Positions 1 through 10,642 of a stretch of 64,000 bases of DNA are shown here, one piece after another; position 1 is the stretch's first letter, and every line of letters starts with the position of its first letter. The DNA comes from a virus (Duplodnaviria > Caudoviricetes), in IMG/VR virus record IMGVR_UViG_3300025357_000008, positions 106,262 through 170,261 of that record; one strand, written 5' to 3'. Below the pieces are notes generated by a model. The model was not told the DNA's origin. It searched no databases and worked only from the letters and a program-made list of their open reading frames with translations. A program made the translations under genes and the position numbers.

Positions 1-16
1 TACAAATACTCCTACT

Positions 17-1612
17 ATGCAACCTGTGATGTATTTGTCAACTACCGGCGGTTCTTATACAGGTAATGCAAATCCTGGATTATTTTCAACAACATTGTCG
101 TTGAATAAATGGACACACATTGCTTATGTACGTAACGGTAATGTATTTTCTTGTTACATAAACGGTGTACAAGACCCAACAACATTTATATTACCAGGTG
201 CTTTATCATACAATTCTAGTTGCAATGCAACTGTCGGTGCAAGAGCGGCTAATGCTGGTAACTATTTCCCTGGTATTTTAAGTAATGTTAGAGTAATTAA
301 TGGTACGGCACTTTATACCAGTAATTTTACACCATCAACAACACCATTAACAGCAGTTGCAAATACTGCATTATTAACTTGTCAAAGTAATAGATTTATA
401 GATAATTCAAACAATACTTTTACTCTAACTCAACCTAATGGTGGTGTGCAAGTTGAACCGTTTTCACCATTTCCACCAGGCGTAACGTACTCAACCGCAA
501 ACAATGGGGCGTCATTGTATTTTAGTAGTTCAAGTGACTCTGTTGTACAAGGTTCAACTACTGCTTGGGTATTTGCTGGTGATTTTACAATTGAAGGATG
601 GTTCTTTTTCATGCCTTCAGGTGCAGGAACTTCTAGAGCGTTTGTTAATACCTCAGGCGGTAACATGTATTTGAATACCGATAATACATTACACTATGTG
701 TTTCAAGGCGTTACAGATTTTGGTAGTTCTCAAACAGTAAATGCAGGACAATGGGTTCACCTAGTTGTATGTCGAAACGGAGGAACTTATAGATTCTTCG
801 TAAACGGTAACATGACTACAGGTACAGGCAGTACAGCATCTATAGGTGCAACAGGAGGAATAAACGTAGGAACAGCGAGTGCGTTTTATGCTTACGGTGT
901 TAAAATTTCAAATGGTGTTTCATTATATAATTCTTCTTTTACGATTCCAAACTCATTGACTACAGTTGCATCAAACAATTCTTTGGCACTATTAGGTACA
1001 AATTCAGGTATTCAAGATGTTACTGGTAAAAATGATATTATAACATATGGTTCTCTGAAAACACAAGCCAACACAGTTAAGTTTGGTAATAATTCAATGT
1101 ATTTTGATGGTAGTACAGGTTATGCTTTAATACCAAACTCAGCATTTATGTTGGTCGGTTCTAGCAATTTTACAATCGAATATTGGTTATACCCAACAAC
1201 ATCAACGACTCAAAGTCCATTCATGTTAAATGGAAATGGATCTGGCTATGGTATACGAGCAGATATAGTTGGCACTTCAAATTACGTACAATTATTAGTT
1301 TCGACAAGTGGTAGTTCATGGGCTATCAATTCGACAAGTAGTACAGCAGTATCACTTAACAGTTGGTCGCATATAGCGATAGTGAGAAACGGAACTGCTA
1401 TGACGGTTTATCTCAATGGAAATAGCATTATTAGTACCACGATATCCGGTTCTATTGTATTAGGAACTATTAATTATGTTGGTGCATCATATTATAGTAG
1501 TGCGCCAGTTTACTTTTTTAACGGTTATATGGATGATTTTAGAATTACGAATGGTATTGCTAGATATACCGGTAACTTTACTCCACCAGCCTTTCAATTT
1601 TTAGGTCAATAA
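17..1612 (+). CDS. LamG/concanavalin-A-like domain tail fiber or virion protein (probably 5'-truncated by the window)
   Basis: Repeated LamG motifs (WTHIAYVRNG, DFTIEGW, GYMDDFRITNGIARY); T/S/N/G-rich. Confidence 0.75.
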   Translation: MQPVMYLSTTGGSYTGNANPGLFSTTLSLNKWTHIAYVRNGNVFSCYINGVQDPTTFILPGALSYNSSCNATVGARAANAGNYFPGILSNVRVINGTALYTSNFTPSTTPLTAVANTALLTCQSNRFIDNSNNTFTLTQPNGGVQVEPFSPFPPGVTYSTANNGASLYFSSSSDSVVQGSTTAWVFAGDFTIEGWFFFMPSGAGTSRAFVNTSGGNMYLNTDNTLHYVFQGVTDFGSSQTVNAGQWVHLVVCRNGGTYRFFVNGNMTTGTGSTASIGATGGINVGTASAFYAYGVKISNGVSLYNSSFTIPNSLTTVASNNSLALLGTNSGIQDVTGKNDIITYGSLKTQANTVKFGNNSMYFDGSTGYALIPNSAFMLVGSSNFTIEYWLYPTTSTTQSPFMLNGNGSGYGIRADIVGTSNYVQLLVSTSGSSWAINSTSSTAVSLNSWSHIAIVRNGTAMTVYLNGNSIISTTISGSIVLGTINYVGASYYSSAPVYFFNGYMDDFRITNGIARYTGNFTPPAFQFLGQ

Positions 1613-1638
1613 ATAGAAGATAACTCAACTAAGATATC

Positions 1639-2190
1639 ATGTCATTTCCAGTCGCAACATCAAACGGTCAAACAGCATTAGTTAACGGCATTACGTATGT
1701 CTGGAACTCTTCTATTGGCACTTGGACTCGCCAACAGGCTTACCTTGGTCAAATAATTGTTTCTAATACTGCGCCGTCAATTAACGTTGTCGGTACTCAA
1801 TGGTATTCTCAGACTGACGATGTTATCTATGAGTGGACTACAAGCAACGGAAGTAACTTCTTCTGGTTAGATATCTCATCTTCTGCGGTAGTTTCAAACG
1901 TTGCGTTGACACCATTTCTAACAAGTACTATTGCAAATAGCGCAAACACATTTGCCAATACAGCAAACGCATTAGTTCTTGCTCAAGAAACGCTTTCAAC
2001 GGCAAACGTTTCAAATTACGCAAATAATGTTGTCGCAAATTTAGCAAACGGTATATATGCATCGGCAACATTAAATGTTAATTCTGTTAATGCAAATACA
2101 TTGAGTATCGGAACTCAAAATGCTAATACATACATATTATCATACATGCAACAAAATTCTTTCAACCCATTCTTCTTAGCGGGAATGTAG
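1639..2190 (+). CDS. Virion structural/appendage protein
   Basis: N-terminus MSFP...NGITYVWN..W resembles ORF 3450; structural context. Confidence 0.55.
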   Translation: MSFPVATSNGQTALVNGITYVWNSSIGTWTRQQAYLGQIIVSNTAPSINVVGTQWYSQTDDVIYEWTTSNGSNFFWLDISSSAVVSNVALTPFLTSTIANSANTFANTANALVLAQETLSTANVSNYANNVVANLANGIYASATLNVNSVNANTLSIGTQNANTYILSYMQQNSFNPFFLAGM

Positions 2191-2199
2191 AGGTACATT

Positions 2200-2529
2200 A
2201 TGCCAATAAAATACAGAACATTAGCCCAATCAAATCCTGCCGCAAATACACCTACTGTAATCTATACAGTACCGGCAAATACACAGACTGTCGTTTCAAC
2301 ATTTCAAGTCTGTAATCAAAACGTAAATGCGGCATCTTTCTTTATTTCAACGCAAGTTGCTGGTGCATCATTAGCAAACTCTCAGTATGTTGCTTTCAAC
2401 ACAACAGTACCAGGATACGACTCAATTTCATTTACTATTGGTATGGCTTTAGGTAATACAGATACCGTAACAGTTCAAGCCAATACACCTAACGTTTCAT
2501 TTGTAATGTTTGGATCGGAAATAACCTAA
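2200..2529 (+). CDS. Small virion protein (paralog of 7502-7825)
   Basis: YRTLAQSNP..TVIYTVPANTQTVVS..SFVMFGSEI matches ORF 7502. Confidence 0.6.
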   Translation: MPIKYRTLAQSNPAANTPTVIYTVPANTQTVVSTFQVCNQNVNAASFFISTQVAGASLANSQYVAFNTTVPGYDSISFTIGMALGNTDTVTVQANTPNVSFVMFGSEIT

Positions 2530-3446
2530 TGGCAGTTAAAAGAGATTCTCAAAACTCTGTTAAGAATAGAACAATCTCTGCTATCAATAGTGGTGGTGGA
2601 GGTGGTTCTACCACATCAACTACATATCAAATTCGTTACTTAGCAGTAGCTGGTGGAGGTGGAGGTGGTTACGCACCAGGATCACCAAAAACTACAGTTG
2701 GTGGAGGAGGTGGTGGTGGCGGATTTTTACAAAGTCAAGCACTTTTAACTGTTGGTGTGCCTTATACTATAACAGTTGGTTCCGGCGGTAATAGAACACC
2801 ATCAGCATGTGGTGCACACGTAGGAGGTACTGGTTCAAACTCAACTATTTGTGGATCGGGATTTTCAGTAACTGCATATGGCGGTGGAGGTGGGGGTGCC
2901 GGTCCTGCAGTTGCTGGTACACCAGGTGGTTCTGGAGGTGGTGGAAATAGTTTAGGTGGTACAGGCGTATCGGGTCAAGGAAATCCTGGTGTTGCATGTT
3001 TTTTTCTAGCACCAACAAATCCTGGTTGTAATTATGGAAATGGTGGAGGAGGTGGCGCAGGTTCACCAGGTTTTAAATTTCCTGCAACAGGTTTTACATC
3101 ACCGACTGTTTATGGTGGTGGTCAAGGTGGCTACGGTGCAATAAGCGATATTTCAGGAACTGTACAATATTACAGTTGTGGTGGTGGTGGTGCATCTGTA
3201 AATAATGGCGTTACAGCAACTGGTGGATATGGCTTATCTACATATGGAACTGGCGGCCCTGGAAGAAGTACACCAGTAACAGGTTCAGTAGCTGGTTCAC
3301 CAGGTATTGTAATTATTTCATATGTAAGTCCGACACAAAAAGGTACAGGCGGTACGGTAACTTCTTATAGTCCGCCAACATCACCTTCAACAGTCATACA
3401 GGTTCACACATTCTCGTCAACTGGAACGTTTACGTATACAGGATAA
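2529..3446 (+). CDS. Glycine-rich tail-appendage protein
   Basis: VAGGGGGG repeats; C-terminal VHTFSSTGTF. Confidence 0.65.
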   Translation: MAVKRDSQNSVKNRTISAINSGGGGGSTTSTTYQIRYLAVAGGGGGGYAPGSPKTTVGGGGGGGGFLQSQALLTVGVPYTITVGSGGNRTPSACGAHVGGTGSNSTICGSGFSVTAYGGGGGGAGPAVAGTPGGSGGGGNSLGGTGVSGQGNPGVACFFLAPTNPGCNYGNGGGGGAGSPGFKFPATGFTSPTVYGGGQGGYGAISDISGTVQYYSCGGGGASVNNGVTATGGYGLSTYGTGGPGRSTPVTGSVAGSPGIVIISYVSPTQKGTGGTVTSYSPPTSPSTVIQVHTFSSTGTFTYTG

Positions 3447-3449
3447 TAA

Positions 3450-3956
3450 ATGGCATTTCCAACAAACCCAACAAACGGTCAACAAGCATCACTCAATGGT
3501 GTACTGTATACCTACAACTCAAACTTTAATGCTTGGAAGAAGACACAAAACGTTGCGAATATTTACACCTCAACGCAACTGACAAACTTCACAAACATAT
3601 TTGATTTTGATGACGTTTCATATCTAACTGACGGTTTCACAAATACATTTCCTTTGAGATGGAATGGTTCACCTGTGACTTGTAACTCACCTTTTACTAT
3701 TTCAGTAACTGTTAATGGTATATTACAGCCTGCTTTCGACTACAAATACGACACAGTATGGTTAGCAAATATACTTACAGGTTCAAAAGGTTACACAATT
3801 GACCTTTCAGGTAACCCAACAACTAACGGATACCTTAAGTTTGCCGATTCAGTACCGGCAGATTCACAGATTTTAGTGAGAACGGTTCTAGGTTCACCTC
3901 AAACCTCAATAAAGACGTACCCATTCAAGCCGCTTGACGTAGTAATGGGTTTTTAA
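3450..3956 (+). CDS. Virion structural protein
   Basis: MAFPTNPTNGQ N-terminal motif; DGFTNTFPL/VNGILQP motif typical of T4-like virion proteins. Confidence 0.55.
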   Translation: MAFPTNPTNGQQASLNGVLYTYNSNFNAWKKTQNVANIYTSTQLTNFTNIFDFDDVSYLTDGFTNTFPLRWNGSPVTCNSPFTISVTVNGILQPAFDYKYDTVWLANILTGSKGYTIDLSGNPTTNGYLKFADSVPADSQILVRTVLGSPQTSIKTYPFKPLDVVMGF

Positions 3957-4010
3957 GATAGATAAATATATGATTGTTACCAAACATCCGAATAACTGGA
4001 GAAACTAATA

Positions 4011-7000
4011 ATGGCAAGAAAAGTCATCCTTGATACGTACTACACGTTCATACCATCATCTAGAACGATTATTATACCGCACGTTGTACCTAAAGAACGT
4101 CTAGTTTTAATTACTGACTTGACAACAAATCAGGTTATTTTTAACTTCTCAGACCCTAACTTAACTACAACTGCATACACTATCGGTCTTGATACGACTG
4201 GTAATTATCCTAATGCGACCGTTACGACTGTTTCTTTAGCGTATAATACGACAGCACTATCTGCTACAGATAAGTTAAGTATTGTAGTTGACGAATACAA
4301 TGAGTCATTTCAGCCTTCTGAGACTCTATTAGATCCAGTTAACAAACTAAGAGTTTCAACACCACAGTCTTTGATTGATACCGACTTTGAGTATTCAACA
4401 CAAGCGACTAAGTGGGAATCTCTTTCTCGTACCAATATGAGACCGTTTTCATATTATATTACTTCAACAGGTAACCTAAACTTAATCGACTTACAAGCAG
4501 TTAACGGCTCAAGAAGTTTCACAGCAAATACAACAGGTTCAACACCACCAGCAGTTGGAACACCAATCACAATTTTAGATTCATTGTACGCTGGTGCTGA
4601 CGGTAACTATGTTGTAGATTCAAACAACAACCTGACAAACACAAACGCTTCAGGTGCCGCTAACACATTCTCATATACTGGTAAATTCTATTATACTGGT
4701 ACAACAGGTACGATTTATAATCAAAACGTAACAATTGGTTATCAAGGTTATGCATTTACAAACTCTGCAATCACAATTGCAGGTATGACAACTTCTGGTC
4801 AAAACGTATTTGTAACTACAGCAAATGCTCACGGCTTTATGCCTGGTAATGAAATTGCAGTTACTGGTGTGACAGGAACAAACCCACCAAACGGTTCATG
4901 GGTTGTTTCAACAATTATTAACCCATACAACTTCGTATATCAATGTAACGCATCTTCAATACCTTCTGGTACAATGACAGTATCAGGTGCATCTTTATAT
5001 GCAAGACCAGTCGGTACTCTAGTACATCGTTCATTTGACGGTGGTATTCGTTTCTCTACAAACTCTGGTTCACACAATCAGCAGTTTATTCGTCAGACAC
5101 GTAAGTATTTCCGTTATCAATCTGGTAAGGGTATTCAGTTGTCAACTGGTACAACATTGCAACCACAGTTTAACTTAGACGGTATCACATCAAGCGGTAC
5201 AACAGTTACAGTTACAACAAAAGACCCACACAATATTTCTGCTTCAATCGGTATTCAAATCGCTGGTTGTAACGAAGCGGCATATAACGGTAACTTTGCA
5301 ATCACAAACGTATTGAACCCATATCAGTTCACATATACAGCAAACTCTGTACCAGCAAATTCACCTGCATCTGGTAACTATGTTTGTTCTGCAACAACAT
5401 GGTATGGTTCTTCAAATCGTATCGGTATCTTCGATGACCAAAACGGCATGTTCTTTGAATATGACGGTTCTCAATTATATGCAGTAAGACGAAATGCGGT
5501 TTATCAGATTTCCGGTAACACTTGGATTAATGCTGGTTCAAATACATTAAACGGTAACAATACAATCTTTACTAAGCAGTTACAACCTAATGATTTTATT
5601 GTAATCAAAGGTATGCCACACCGTGTACACAACATTCTTACAGACTCTGTATTGACAGTTGTACCAACACTACGTGGTACTCAGAACGTCAACTCTGCTG
5701 TTATTAGTAAAGTTCAAGACGTTAAAACACCAGTTTCACAGTTTAACATTGATAGATTAGATGGAACAGGTCCTTCAGGTTATAAGATTGACTTGACAAA
5801 AGACCAAATGTTCTACATCGACTATTCATGGTACGGTGCTGGTTTTCAACGTTGGGGTGTTCGTGGACCTGATGGTAACGTAATATATGCACATAAAGTA
5901 ATTAATAATAACGTTAACTATCTTGCTTACATGCGTTCAGGTAACTTACCTGGTCGTTATGAAACTAATTCTTTCTCTAAGACTTCTGTTCTAACAGCAA
6001 ACGTTGCACCAACAGATACAACAATTACGATATCTAATGCAACTGGATGGCCAAATACCGGAGTAGCAGTAATTAGAAATACCTCTAATACTGAATACTT
6101 TGCGTATACAGGTATCACAGCACTTTCAAACGGTGCCGCACAGTTAACAGGCGCTCAACGTGGTGCCGCTTATCAAACGGGTAACACTGGTAATACATTG
6201 TATGTAACAACAGTTGCTGGTAATAATATTGTAACTATACCTGCAAGTAACACAACATATGGTTTGTCAAACGGTATGTACGTGTTTGGTCCTAACATTG
6301 CACCACAAACGTTTATTCAGAACATTGTTGCAAACACATATATTGTGTTGAATCAAGCACCAACTGCTTCTGGTAACTCGGCAGTTATTATTCCACCATT
6401 AGCAAACATTGCACAAACAGTTGTTGTATTGTCTGCAACTGGTGCTAACTCATTAACATACACTGGTAACAATCAAGGTGCTGTAGTTCCAACTGCTGTT
6501 GAGTTACATGCGCCATTATACGGACCTGAGATTAACCATTGGGGTACTTCAGCAATTATGGATGGCGGTTTCACACCAGATAAATCGTTCATTTTCTCAA
6601 AAGGTATGCAAACACCTTTAACAATTTATCCAGCCGGTGGTGCCGCTAACACAATGGCTCTTTGGAGTTTCCGTGTTGCGCCTTCTGCATCAAACGGTAT
6701 ACCAGCTTCTGCTCTTGGTGTTCGTGAGATTGTTAATCGTATGCAACAATTACCATTTGAACTTGATGCCTATTCTAACGGTGCTTGTTTGATGACTCTT
6801 GTATTGAACGGTAGCGTTTCAAATACAACAGCACAATGGCAAAACGTTGGTGGTTCTAGTTTGTCTCAATATGTTTTCCATGCACAGAATACAACAGTAT
6901 CTGGTGGTGAAACAGTTTTCGGATTCTTCTTGAATAACAACTTAGGAACATTCGGTTCAACTCAAAACGATTTGACACAATTGCTTTCACTTGGTACAAG

Positions 7001-7145
7001 TATTCAATCTGGTGGTGTTGCAAATACTGGTGTCGGTATCTATCCTGACGGACCTGACGTATTGACACTTGTTGCTACGAACGTATCATCAACGAACCTT
7101 GCAAGTATCTTAGCTCGTTATTCATGGACTGAAGCTCAAGCGTAA
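4011..7145 (+). CDS. Large virion structural protein (1044 aa)
   Basis: Beta-rich, repeated VTT..AHG modules; GATAAATA late-like promoter and GGAG RBS upstream. Confidence 0.6.
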   Translation: MARKVILDTYYTFIPSSRTIIIPHVVPKERLVLITDLTTNQVIFNFSDPNLTTTAYTIGLDTTGNYPNATVTTVSLAYNTTALSATDKLSIVVDEYNESFQPSETLLDPVNKLRVSTPQSLIDTDFEYSTQATKWESLSRTNMRPFSYYITSTGNLNLIDLQAVNGSRSFTANTTGSTPPAVGTPITILDSLYAGADGNYVVDSNNNLTNTNASGAANTFSYTGKFYYTGTTGTIYNQNVTIGYQGYAFTNSAITIAGMTTSGQNVFVTTANAHGFMPGNEIAVTGVTGTNPPNGSWVVSTIINPYNFVYQCNASSIPSGTMTVSGASLYARPVGTLVHRSFDGGIRFSTNSGSHNQQFIRQTRKYFRYQSGKGIQLSTGTTLQPQFNLDGITSSGTTVTVTTKDPHNISASIGIQIAGCNEAAYNGNFAITNVLNPYQFTYTANSVPANSPASGNYVCSATTWYGSSNRIGIFDDQNGMFFEYDGSQLYAVRRNAVYQISGNTWINAGSNTLNGNNTIFTKQLQPNDFIVIKGMPHRVHNILTDSVLTVVPTLRGTQNVNSAVISKVQDVKTPVSQFNIDRLDGTGPSGYKIDLTKDQMFYIDYSWYGAGFQRWGVRGPDGNVIYAHKVINNNVNYLAYMRSGNLPGRYETNSFSKTSVLTANVAPTDTTITISNATGWPNTGVAVIRNTSNTEYFAYTGITALSNGAAQLTGAQRGAAYQTGNTGNTLYVTTVAGNNIVTIPASNTTYGLSNGMYVFGPNIAPQTFIQNIVANTYIVLNQAPTASGNSAVIIPPLANIAQTVVVLSATGANSLTYTGNNQGAVVPTAVELHAPLYGPEINHWGTSAIMDGGFTPDKSFIFSKGMQTPLTIYPAGGAANTMALWSFRVAPSASNGIPASALGVREIVNRMQQLPFELDAYSNGACLMTLVLNGSVSNTTAQWQNVGGSSLSQYVFHAQNTTVSGGETVFGFFLNNNLGTFGSTQNDLTQLLSLGTSIQSGGVANTGVGIYPDGPDVLTLVATNVSSTNLASILARYSWTEAQA

Positions 7146-7492
7146 TGCAAACAGCCGCACAACTTCCAGTATTACCGGTAGTATCTGAGAATACTACCTT
7201 TTACATGTCTGTTCAACCATCAACGCAAGTTGGTGGTAAAACAAGTTATGAGTTTGCGGCTACTTCATTAACATTTAATCCTTCAACAAATGTAGTAACG
7301 ATGAATGTGCTTTCGACTTTAACACTCAATGCATTTACATTAAATGCAGTCACATTAAATGCGGTTACTATGAATGTTACATCGAATTTATACACTGGTT
7401 CAATTAATATTTCGACAGGCTCAAACGTATTTGTAGGAACAACAAGGGTTGAGTCTCAGATACCTCATCCATTTTTACTATCGTTTTTGTAG
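7145..7492 (+). CDS. Small virion protein
   Basis: TLNA repeats; C-terminal HPFLL like NPFFL of ORF 1639. Confidence 0.5.
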   Translation: MQTAAQLPVLPVVSENTTFYMSVQPSTQVGGKTSYEFAATSLTFNPSTNVVTMNVLSTLTLNAFTLNAVTLNAVTMNVTSNLYTGSINISTGSNVFVGTTRVESQIPHPFLLSFL

Positions 7493-7501
7493 GAACAACT
7501 C

Positions 7502-7825
7502 ATGTTATCATATAGAGTTTTAGGTCAAGCAGTACCAGGAACAACAAATACCACATTGTATGCGGTATCGACTGGTGCGAATACTATTATTTCATCAATT
7601 CTAATTGCAAACCAAGGTGCTTCTCTCGCTACTTATCAATTAGGTGTTGTACCTAACGGACAAACACTTTCAACAAAAAACTATATTGCTTATAGTGCAA
7701 ACGTGCCAGCAAACGATACAATGACATTAACACCAGGTATTACAATGGGTGCAAATGATGCTATTGTATGTTATGCTAATAATTCATCTGTTTCATTCTC
7801 AGTATTTGGTTGCGAAATATCATAA
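7502..7825 (+). CDS. Small virion protein (paralog of 2200-2529)
   Basis: YRVLGQAVP..TTLYAV..SFSVFGCEI. Confidence 0.6.
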   Translation: MLSYRVLGQAVPGTTNTTLYAVSTGANTIISSILIANQGASLATYQLGVVPNGQTLSTKNYIAYSANVPANDTMTLTPGITMGANDAIVCYANNSSVSFSVFGCEIS

Positions 7826-7840
7826 CAAAGGTGCATTGTT

Positions 7841-8953
7841 ATGGCAGTTATTAAAACAAAAAGACTCAGCACAAAAAATGTTGCCAACTTAGCCGATTCA
7901 AGTAAAAGCAGATTATCAGCATCTTGTATCAATAATACATCAACAGCATATCCTGGCGGTCCCAGTGGAAGTACCGGTCCTGTAGGTGTTCCATTAACGT
8001 TTGTGATTGTTGCGGGTGGTGGTTCTGGTGCACAACGTTGGACTGGTGGTGGTGGAGGTGGTGGTGTTATTGTTGGTGCAGTAGCGGCCGCATCAAAAGG
8101 AACACCCTACGCAATAACAGTTGGTGGTGGAGGTGCCGCACCTGTTTATCCAACAACCATATGTTATGCTTATACTTTCCGAGGCGTTAACTCAAGTGCA
8201 TTTTGTGTTACAGCAATAGGTGGAGGTGGTGGTAAAGGTTATAGTTGTTACATACCAGCTCCTACAGGGGGTTGTGTAGCACCAGGTGGTTCAGGTGGCG
8301 GTGGTGGTGGACCTACTGGTCCTCCAACAGGTGTTGCACCATTCCCTTATGCGAACAACCAAGGCGGTTCAGGTACTCAACCAGGACAACCAACACCATC
8401 CGGACCTGCTATAGTTTGGACCAATTACGGTAATCCAGGTGGTAATTATAATGGTGGAGGTGGTGGTGCTTCATCATCAGGATCAACAAGAACATTTACA
8501 GGAACTCCACAATTTCCAACACCAGGGAGTGCAGGTGGTTCCGGTCTGACCGTTTCAATAACAGGAAGTCCTTTCATCGTAGCTGGTGGTGGAGGTGCTG
8601 GTGGACGTTATGGTGCAACTCAACCACCTAACGGTTTCGTAGGAGGCCCTGGTGGTCCTGGAGGTGGTGGTAATGGTTCAGGTTATGGATGTGCATACCC
8701 AAGATTGGGAAGTCCGACACCATTACCAGGACAAAATGGCGGTACTAATACTGGAGGTGGAGGTGGTGCAGGCTCATGTAGAGCACCTATAACTCCTAGT
8801 ATAGGTGGTGCAGGAGGTTCTGGTGTAGTGTATGTTTCTGTTCCAACTCCATTAGCTGGAACTGCTGGTCCGCCAAGCGTATTTACAAGTGGACCTGATG
8901 GTGCTGGAAATACATGGTTTAAGTTTACGAGTTCTGGTACTTATACTGCTTAA
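7841..8953 (+). CDS. Glycine-rich tail-appendage protein (paralog of 2529-3446)
   Basis: VAGGGSG/GGGGGG repeats; C-terminal KFTSSGTY. Confidence 0.65.
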   Translation: MAVIKTKRLSTKNVANLADSSKSRLSASCINNTSTAYPGGPSGSTGPVGVPLTFVIVAGGGSGAQRWTGGGGGGGVIVGAVAAASKGTPYAITVGGGGAAPVYPTTICYAYTFRGVNSSAFCVTAIGGGGGKGYSCYIPAPTGGCVAPGGSGGGGGGPTGPPTGVAPFPYANNQGGSGTQPGQPTPSGPAIVWTNYGNPGGNYNGGGGGASSSGSTRTFTGTPQFPTPGSAGGSGLTVSITGSPFIVAGGGGAGGRYGATQPPNGFVGGPGGPGGGGNGSGYGCAYPRLGSPTPLPGQNGGTNTGGGGGAGSCRAPITPSIGGAGGSGVVYVSVPTPLAGTAGPPSVFTSGPDGAGNTWFKFTSSGTYTA

Positions 8954-8982
8954 CTAAATACCAGAACAAGGAGATTAATTAA

Positions 8983-9753
8983 ATGCAAGTGCAAAACAGA
9001 ACCGATTTTACTAACTATTGCTTACGTAGGCTTGGTGCACCTGTAATTGAAATTAACGTTGACCCAGACCAAATACAAGACCGTATTGACGATGCTCTTC
9101 AATATTGGCAAGATTATCACTATGATGGTATTCAAAAATGTTATTGGATTAAACAAATTGATTCTACTGATATTGCTAATCAATATCTAGATTGTTCAAA
9201 TGCGGTAGATTCAAATAACAATTCAGTTCAAATTATTGGTGTTTCAAGAATCTTTCCGTATACAGATTCACAGGCAAACGTCAATATGTTTGACTTAAGA
9301 TACCAATTACGTTTAAATGAACTGTACGATTTCACATCAGCTTCATACGTTAACTTCACATTAACACAACAGCACCTTCGTTCACTAGAACTTATGTTCA
9401 CTGGTGAAATACCAATTCGTTTTAACAGACACATGCAACGTCTTTATATTGACCAAGCATGGGGTAACGAAGAAGCTCCTGCAGGTGAAGTTATTGTTGC
9501 AGAAGCATATGCAATTATTAATCCAGACCAATATAATAAAGTTTGGGACGACCGTTGGTTAAAACTATATGCAACAGCATTAATTAAAAAACAATGGGGT
9601 AATAATCTTGCTAAATTCTCAGGTCTTCAATTACCTGGTGGTGTTAAACTAGACGGACAAAAGATTCAAGAAGATGCTGACAATGAAATTAAGTATCTAC
9701 AAGAACAAATGCAGAATGAATATGGTGCACCGTTAGAATGGTTTATGAATTAA
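8983..9753 (+). CDS. gp13: Neck protein gp13
   Basis: YCLRRLGAPVIEINV; KKQWGNNL.KFSGLQLPGGV; synteny. Confidence 0.93.
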   Translation: MQVQNRTDFTNYCLRRLGAPVIEINVDPDQIQDRIDDALQYWQDYHYDGIQKCYWIKQIDSTDIANQYLDCSNAVDSNNNSVQIIGVSRIFPYTDSQANVNMFDLRYQLRLNELYDFTSASYVNFTLTQQHLRSLELMFTGEIPIRFNRHMQRLYIDQAWGNEEAPAGEVIVAEAYAIINPDQYNKVWDDRWLKLYATALIKKQWGNNLAKFSGLQLPGGVKLDGQKIQEDADNEIKYLQEQMQNEYGAPLEWFMN

Positions 9754-9754
9754 C

Positions 9755-10642
9755 ATGGCAACTAATCATTACTTCAATAACTACGGCTCGATTGGTGAAC
9801 AAAGAGTTATTGAAGATTTAATCGTTGAGTCAATTAAAACAATGGGCTTTGATGCTCAGTATTTACCCAACAACAACGACCAAGCAAGAGATTTACTATA
9901 CGGTGAAGACCCAGTAAAACAATTCAACTCTGCATTTACAGTTGAGATGTATCTTCAAAACTCAACAGAGTACGGCGGTGAAAGAGAATTCTTTTCTAAG
10001 TTTGGCTTAGAAATTAAAAACAATGTGACAGTTCTGGTTTCAAGACGTTCATTCAACGAAAGAGTACCACAAAATACTTACAACAGACCTCGTGAAGGTG
10101 ACTTGGTTTATATACCATTTTTAAACGGTACCGGTGAACTCTATGAAATCAAATTTGTCAATCAAACAAAAGACTTCTTTATGTTGGGTAGAAAGTATCC
10201 TTATTTCTATGAACTAGAAATGGAAAAATTCAAATACTCACAAGAAGTTTTGCAGACTGGTGCACCAGATGTCGATTCTATTGTTGCACAATCTGGTTAT
10301 ACAATTGACCTTGATGTCAATATTAGCACTGGTAACGGAACTTATCAACATCAAGAAATTGCATTCCAGTCACTCGACAATACATTGTTAAACGCTTTTG
10401 CATATGGTACAGTACAAGAATGGGTGCCAAGTGCTAACGTGTTGACTGTAAGTAATATTTTTGGTGAGTTTACATCTGGTTCTAATGTGAGAGGTCAAAC
10501 AAGTAATGCATCATACAGCATCACAACTTATGATGAGATGCAAAACAATACAGAGACAGAAGTATATGATAATGAGTTGATTCTAAGCAACGCAAATACT
10601 ATTATCGACTTCTCAGAATCAAATCCTTTTGGTAGTATATAA
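9755..10642 (+). CDS. gp14: Neck protein gp14
   Basis: SKFGLEI, RPREGDLVY, DFSESNPFG. Confidence 0.92.
   Translation: MATNHYFNNYGSIGEQRVIEDLIVESIKTMGFDAQYLPNNNDQARDLLYGEDPVKQFNSAFTVEMYLQNSTEYGGEREFFSKFGLEIKNNVTVLVSRRSFNERVPQNTYNRPREGDLVYIPFLNGTGELYEIKFVNQTKDFFMLGRKYPYFYELEMEKFKYSQEVLQTGAPDVDSIVAQSGYTIDLDVNISTGNGTYQHQEIAFQSLDNTLLNAFAYGTVQEWVPSANVLTVSNIFGEFTSGSNVRGQTSNASYSITTYDEMQNNTETEVYDNELILSNANTIIDFSESNPFGSI

Noticed and set aside
2529-8953. GGT/GGA-rich repeats as a CRISPR or DGR element
   Set aside because: They are glycine codons; no spacer-repeat structure and no reverse transcriptase
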